Source of the DNA: an uncultured cyanobacterium
Lineage (GTDB): Bacteria; Cyanobacteriota; Cyanobacteriia; Cyanobacteriales; Microcystaceae
DNA: 45,358 bases
Direction: 5' to 3'
Assembly: GCA_963807635.1 (NCBI GenBank)
Contig: CAWEDJ010000100.1
Location: 1-45,358 of the forward strand
Shown: one piece after another, positions 44,001 through 45,358 of the stretch
Layout of the letters: every line of letters starts with the position of its first letter
How positions within the stretch are numbered: the stretch's first letter is position 1
The notes under the pieces: generated by a model
Told to the model about the DNA's origin: nothing
Seen by the model: only the letters and a program-made list of their open reading frames with translations
The model's database searches: none
Program-made: the position numbers and the translations under genes

Positions 44001-45356
44001 TTTTCCACTTTGGGAGTCTACTGTTTTGTTGAAAGTGATGTTGCTGTTAGTAGTCGTTAAGGTTACAGGGTTCTGAATTTCTACGGTATCGTTATAAGTT
44101 TGATTTCCTGTGGTTATAATATCGCCATTAATTTGACTGCTTCCTGTTGCATCAGTGGTTAAACTAGTAGCCTTGACTGTGTTATTAAATAGGGTTGTAC
44201 CACCACTATTAACACTTAAGTTTCCTAATGCTTTTGTATTTCCGACTGAATCATTAAAGTTGACATTTCCTGTGCCACTATTGAGGGTTAAATCGTTGGC
44301 TTCTCCACTTTGGGAGTCTACTGTTTTGTTGAAAGTGATGTTGCTGTTAGTAGTCGTTAAGGTTACAGGGTTCTGAATTTCTACGGTATCGTTATAAGTT
44401 TGATTTCCTGTGGTTATAATATCGCCATTAATTTGACTGCTTCCTGTTGCATCAGTGGTTAAACTAGTAGCCTTGACTGTGTTATTAAATAGGGTTGTAC
44501 CACCACTATTAACACTTAAGTTTCCTAATGCTTTTGTATTTCCGACTGAATCATTAAAGTTGACATTTCCTGTGCCACTATTGAGGGTTAAATCGTTGGC
44601 TTCTCCACTTTGGGAGTCTACTGTTTTGTTGAAAGTGATGTTGCTGTTAGTAGTCGTTAAGGTTACAGGGTTCTGAATTTCTACGGTATCGTTATAAGTT
44701 TGATTTCCTGTGGTTTTAAGATTGCCATTAATTTGACTGCTTCCTTCTGCGTCAGTGGTTACACTAGCTGCCTTGATTGTGTTATTAAATAGGGTTGTAC
44801 CACCACTATTAACACTTAAGTTTCCTAATGAAGTTGTATTTCCGACTGAATCATTAAAGCTGATATTTCCTGTGCCACTGTTGAGGGTTAAATCGTTGGC
44901 TTCTCCACTTTGGGAGTCTACTGTTTTGTTGAAAGTGATGTTGCTGTTAGTAGTCGTTAAGGTTACAGGGTTCTGAATTTCTACGGTATCGTTATAAGTT
45001 TGATTTCCTGTGGTTTTAATATTGCCATTAATTTGACTACTTCCTGTTGCATCAGTGGTTAAACTAGCTGCCTTGACTGTGTTATTAAATAGGGTTGTAC
45101 CACCACTATTAACACTTAAGTTTCCTAATGCTTTTGTATTTCCGACTGAATCATTAAAGTTGACATTTCCTGTGCCACTGTTGAGGGTTAAACCGTTGGC
45201 TTCTCCACTTTGGGAGTCTACTGTTTTGTTGAAAATGATGTTGCTGTTAGTAGTAGTTAAGGTTACAGGGTTTTGAATTTCTATGGTATCGTTATAAGTT
45301 TGGTTTCCTGTGGTTATAATATCGCCATTAATTTGACTGCTTCCTGTTGCATCAGT
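35013..45356 (-). CDS. Giant filamentous-haemagglutinin-like repeat protein with C-terminal CHAT protease domain (5'-partial, at least 3,447 aa)
   Basis: I read the frame codon by codon from 38159 through the first full repeat unit and found no stop. The remaining units keep exact 300-bp phase, and the variants I checked add no stops. The track starts at 38159 only because no ATG/GTG/TTG occurs in frame upstream. The sequence is G/N/T/S/I-rich and beta-helix-like, with CHAT motifs HLATHG, LTLSACQT, LGSLWYVSD and HPYYWSAFTLIGNPW. Confidence 0.92.
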   Translation of the reverse strand, partial: TDATGSSQINGDIITTGNQTYNDTIEIQNPVTLTTTNSNIIFNKTVDSQSGEANGLTLNSGTGNVNFNDSVGNTKALGNLSVNSGGTTLFNNTVKAASLTTDATGSSQINGNIKTTGNQTYNDTVEIQNPVTLTTTNSNITFNKTVDSQSGEANDLTLNSGTGNISFNDSVGNTTSLGNLSVNSGGTTLFNNTIKAASVTTDAEGSSQINGNLKTTGNQTYNDTVEIQNPVTLTTTNSNITFNKTVDSQSGEANDLTLNSGTGNVNFNDSVGNTKALGNLSVNSGGTTLFNNTVKATSLTTDATGSSQINGDIITTGNQTYNDTVEIQNPVTLTTTNSNITFNKTVDSQSGEANDLTLNSGTGNVNFNDSVGNTKALGNLSVNSGGTTLFNNTVKATSLTTDATGSSQINGDIITTGNQTYNDTVEIQNPVTLTTTNSNITFNKTVDSQSGKANDLTLNSGTGNISFNDSVGNTKALGNLSVNSGGTTLFNNTVKAASLTTDAEGSSQINGDIITTGNQTYNDTVEIQNPVTLTTTNSNITFNKTVDSQSGKANALTINSGTGNVSFNNSVGNINSLGNLSVNSGGTTLFNNTVKATSLTTDATGSSQINGDIITTGNQTYNDTVEIQNPVTLTTTNSNITFNKTVDSQSGKANDLTLNSGTGNISFNDSVGNTKALGNLSVNSGGTTLFNNTVKATSLTTDATGSSQINGDIITTGNQTYNDTVEIQNPVTLTTTNSNITFNKTVDSQSGKANALTINSGTGNVSFNNSVGNINSLGNLSVNSGGTTLFNNTVKATSLTTDATGSSQINGDIITTGNQTYNDTVEIQNPVTLTTTNSNITFNKTVDSQSGKANDLTLNSGTGNISFNDSVGNTKALGNLSVNSGGTTLFNNTVKATSLTTDATGSSQINGDIITTGNQTYNDTVEIQNPVTLTTTNSNITFNKTVDSQSGKANDLTLNSGTGNISFNDSVGNTKALGNLSVNSGGTTLFNNTVKAASLTTDAEGSSQINGDLKTTGNQTYNDTIEIQNPVTLTTTNSNITFNKTVDSQSGEANGLTLNSGTGNVNFNDSVGNTKALGNLSVNSGGTTLFNNTVKAASLTTDATGSSQINGDLKTTGNQTYNDTVEIQNPVTLTTTNSNITFNKTVDSQSGEANDLTLNSGTGNVNFNDSVGNTKALGNLSVNSGGTTLFNNTVKATSLTTDATGSSQINGDIITTGNQTYNDTIEIQNPVTLTTTNSNIIFNKTVDSQSGEANGLTLNSGTGNVNFNDSVGNTKALGNLSVNSGGTTLFNNTVKAASLTTDATGSSQINGDLKTTGNQTYNDTVEIQNPVTLTTTNSNITFNKTVDSQSGEANDLTLNSGTGNISFNDSVGNTTSLGNLSVNSGGTTLFNNTIKAASVTTDAEGSSQINGDLKTTGNQTYNDTVEIQNPVTLTTTNSNITFNKTVDSQSGEANDLTLNSGTGNVNFNDSVGNTKALGNLSVNSGGTTLFNNTVKATSLTTDATGSSQINGDIITTGNQTYNDTVEIQNPVTLTTTNSNITFNKTVDSQSGEANDLTLNSGTGNVNFNDSVGNTKALGNLSVNSGGTTLFNNTVKATSLTTDATGSSQINGDIITTGNQTYNDTVEIQNPVTLTTTNSNITFNKTVDSQSGKANDLTLNSGTGNISFNDSVGNTKALGNLSVNSGGTTLFNNTVKAASLTTDAEGSSQINGDLKTTGNQTYNDTVEIQNPVTLTTTNSNITFNKTVDSQSGKANALTINSGTGNVSFNNSVGNINSLGNLSVNSGGTTLFNNTVKATSLTTDATGSSQINGDIITTGNQTYNDTVEIQNPVTLTTTNSNITFNKTVDSQSGKANDLTLNSGTGNISFNDSVGNTKALGNLSVNSGGTTLFNNTVKATSLTTDATGSSQINGDIITTGNQTYNDTVEIQNPVTLTTTNSNITFNKTVDSQSGKANALTINSGTGNVSFNNSVGNINSLGNLSVNSGGTTLFNNTVKATSLTTDATGSSQINGDIITTGNQTYNDTVEIQNPVTLTTTNSNITFNKTVDSQSGKANDLTLNSGTGNISFNDSVGNTKALGNLSVNSGGTTLFNNTVKATSLTTDAEGSSQINGDLKTTGNQTYNDTVEIQNPVTLTTTNSNITFNKTVDSQSGEANDLTLNSGTGNISFNDSVGNTKALGNLSVNSGSTTLFNNTVKAASVTTDAEGSSQINGDITTTGSQAYNDAVTLKGNTTLTGSNLTLSNVTGTTNNFSINAVQDIILNANSAINTGTGNIQFDAARSITLNSGSSITTTSGAINLNANQQTTATTGSFDGIYINNANISSTTGNITLKGKAGDTAGEGILLKNGIPSIISNSGNITLTGQALSNNAFNGNGIVEGIVISPGTISSTGTITIDGKNDLANSNGGGVFISAKIGNDPIATGTISIIGEGSQFGVAIAGFNAPNFDSTSPIGNPQSSRDIIISGNLINLSSTLIQGKGNLFLQPLNASTSIDIGDGNGATGTFNLDSSELNTIQNGFKSITIGRSDSSSLINVVGNVIFNDSITLSSPSGSINVNNTIDGQDDASITFKGITNLNANLTTNGTTPLYFENPVTITNDVTFNAGKSSIVFADTVKTNNQNITFIADKIDWTGSIQGTGKLTFQSSSSGRNILIGGTNTIDSNALDLTTAELSLISPNFSSVTIGNDNSPITVAEAIAFNFDLNLAAANNTITVNQAINTKGKLTLNGITNLNADLTTQGQNLSINGNITLGNIATISTGNSGNINVTGNIQGSHSLNVQAGENLKTQNIDLSNTSATGAKLALTATSGSINTGNLNTAGSTSGGDITIKAKTAITTGAITTSGEKAGNVFIDPDNDVQVGYINAQSTNGVGGNIDITTARFFRATQTFVDQNGVTASLSSAGSQGGGTITIRNGGNGNTPFTVGNASANGTQGAITSGEYTINPTQSYLFNNTNGNIFLNNGISLPITDSQVPIFVNPPNQQDSTSQTPASSSEVPSKSSTSSNSLTTYSSQKGTVAVVDTLDKSFTTDYSNQLGLPSKPEIPLNNIPSILTSVQQVTGVKSVLIYVFFRSAKSESLTENSSLWELNRARNSTANTERKNDDQLEVVLVSDQNILPLSIQGVTREQVLKASLQLQQNLTNIAPVEDFLPQSKQLYQWLISPIEDALKNQEITNLTFVLDQGLRSLPLAALYDADSQQYIIEKYSVSLIPSLSLTDTTRQDRRGAKVLGMGADTFSDQNPLPAVPTELTEIAKNIWPGQIFLNQDFTVENFKNALNSNQFSIVHLATHGEFKSGDRNNSFVVFSDKKLTLDEFANLGLDRPIDLLTLSACQTALGDPDAELGFAGLAVKTGVRTALGSLWYVSDAGTLALMTSFYNQLKEAPTKADALRQAQLSLLHKKVSLQKNQMLIGDNNRSLSISVPLSLRRNFKNMDTSHPYYWSAFTLIGNPW

Positions 45357-45358
45357 GG
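38700..45358 (-). repeat. Coding tandem array of about 22 x 300 bp, with 600-bp and 3,600-bp higher-order periodicity
   Basis: Sequence lines recur every 300 bp. Unit peptide: TTDATGSSQINGDIITTGNQTYNDTVEIQNPVTLTTTNSNITFNKTVDSQSGKANDLTLNSGTGNISFNDSVGNTKALGNLSVNSGGTTLFNNTVKATSL. Confidence 0.98.

Noticed and set aside
38755..45276. 22 tandem 73-aa plus-strand ORFs that look like an array of small hydrophobic peptides
   Set aside because: They are antisense shadows of the minus-strand giant ORF; Asn/Thr/Ser codons read as Val/Leu on the opposite strand. All use GTG starts with no evident RBS.
38700..45358. Possible CRISPR array or diversity-generating retroelement
   Set aside because: There are no unique spacers, the unit is 300 bp and coding, no cas or reverse transcriptase gene is present, and variation is not adenine-specific.

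Overview
Cyanobacterial chromosomal DNA, probably from a unicellular Chroococcales/Synechocystis-like organism; the evidence is frequent HIP1 octamers (GCGATCGC) plus psbP, ftn2, patD and an SLH porin. The window starts inside an IS630 element and ends inside a tandem repeat, so it may be a whole contig. 1-9.2 kb is an accessory region: an IS630 end, a conserved unknown protein, a hicBA toxin-antitoxin pair with three lesions (one is an IS5-family insertion), a hybrid kinase/REC-GGDEF pair with two relic fragments of related GGDEF genes, and a DUF433/DUF5615 pair whose toxin is frameshifted by a 7-bp repeat expansion. 9.3-34.9 kb is core housekeeping (sdhA, FUSC, ispG, TPR protein, cobD, HU, ruvA, GST, phoU, porin, maf, psbP, cobJ, ftn2, pdhA, patD, rel/spoT, lpxD). 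Several of these genes carry single frameshifts that look like long-read errors. 35.0-45.36 kb is one continuous minus-strand ORF of at least 3,447 aa, which the ORF track captured only in part. It encodes a filamentous-haemagglutinin-like protein with about 22 near-identical 100-aa repeats arranged as a 12-unit (3.6-kb) higher-order repeat, ending in a CHAT (caspase-like) domain with its catalytic motifs intact.
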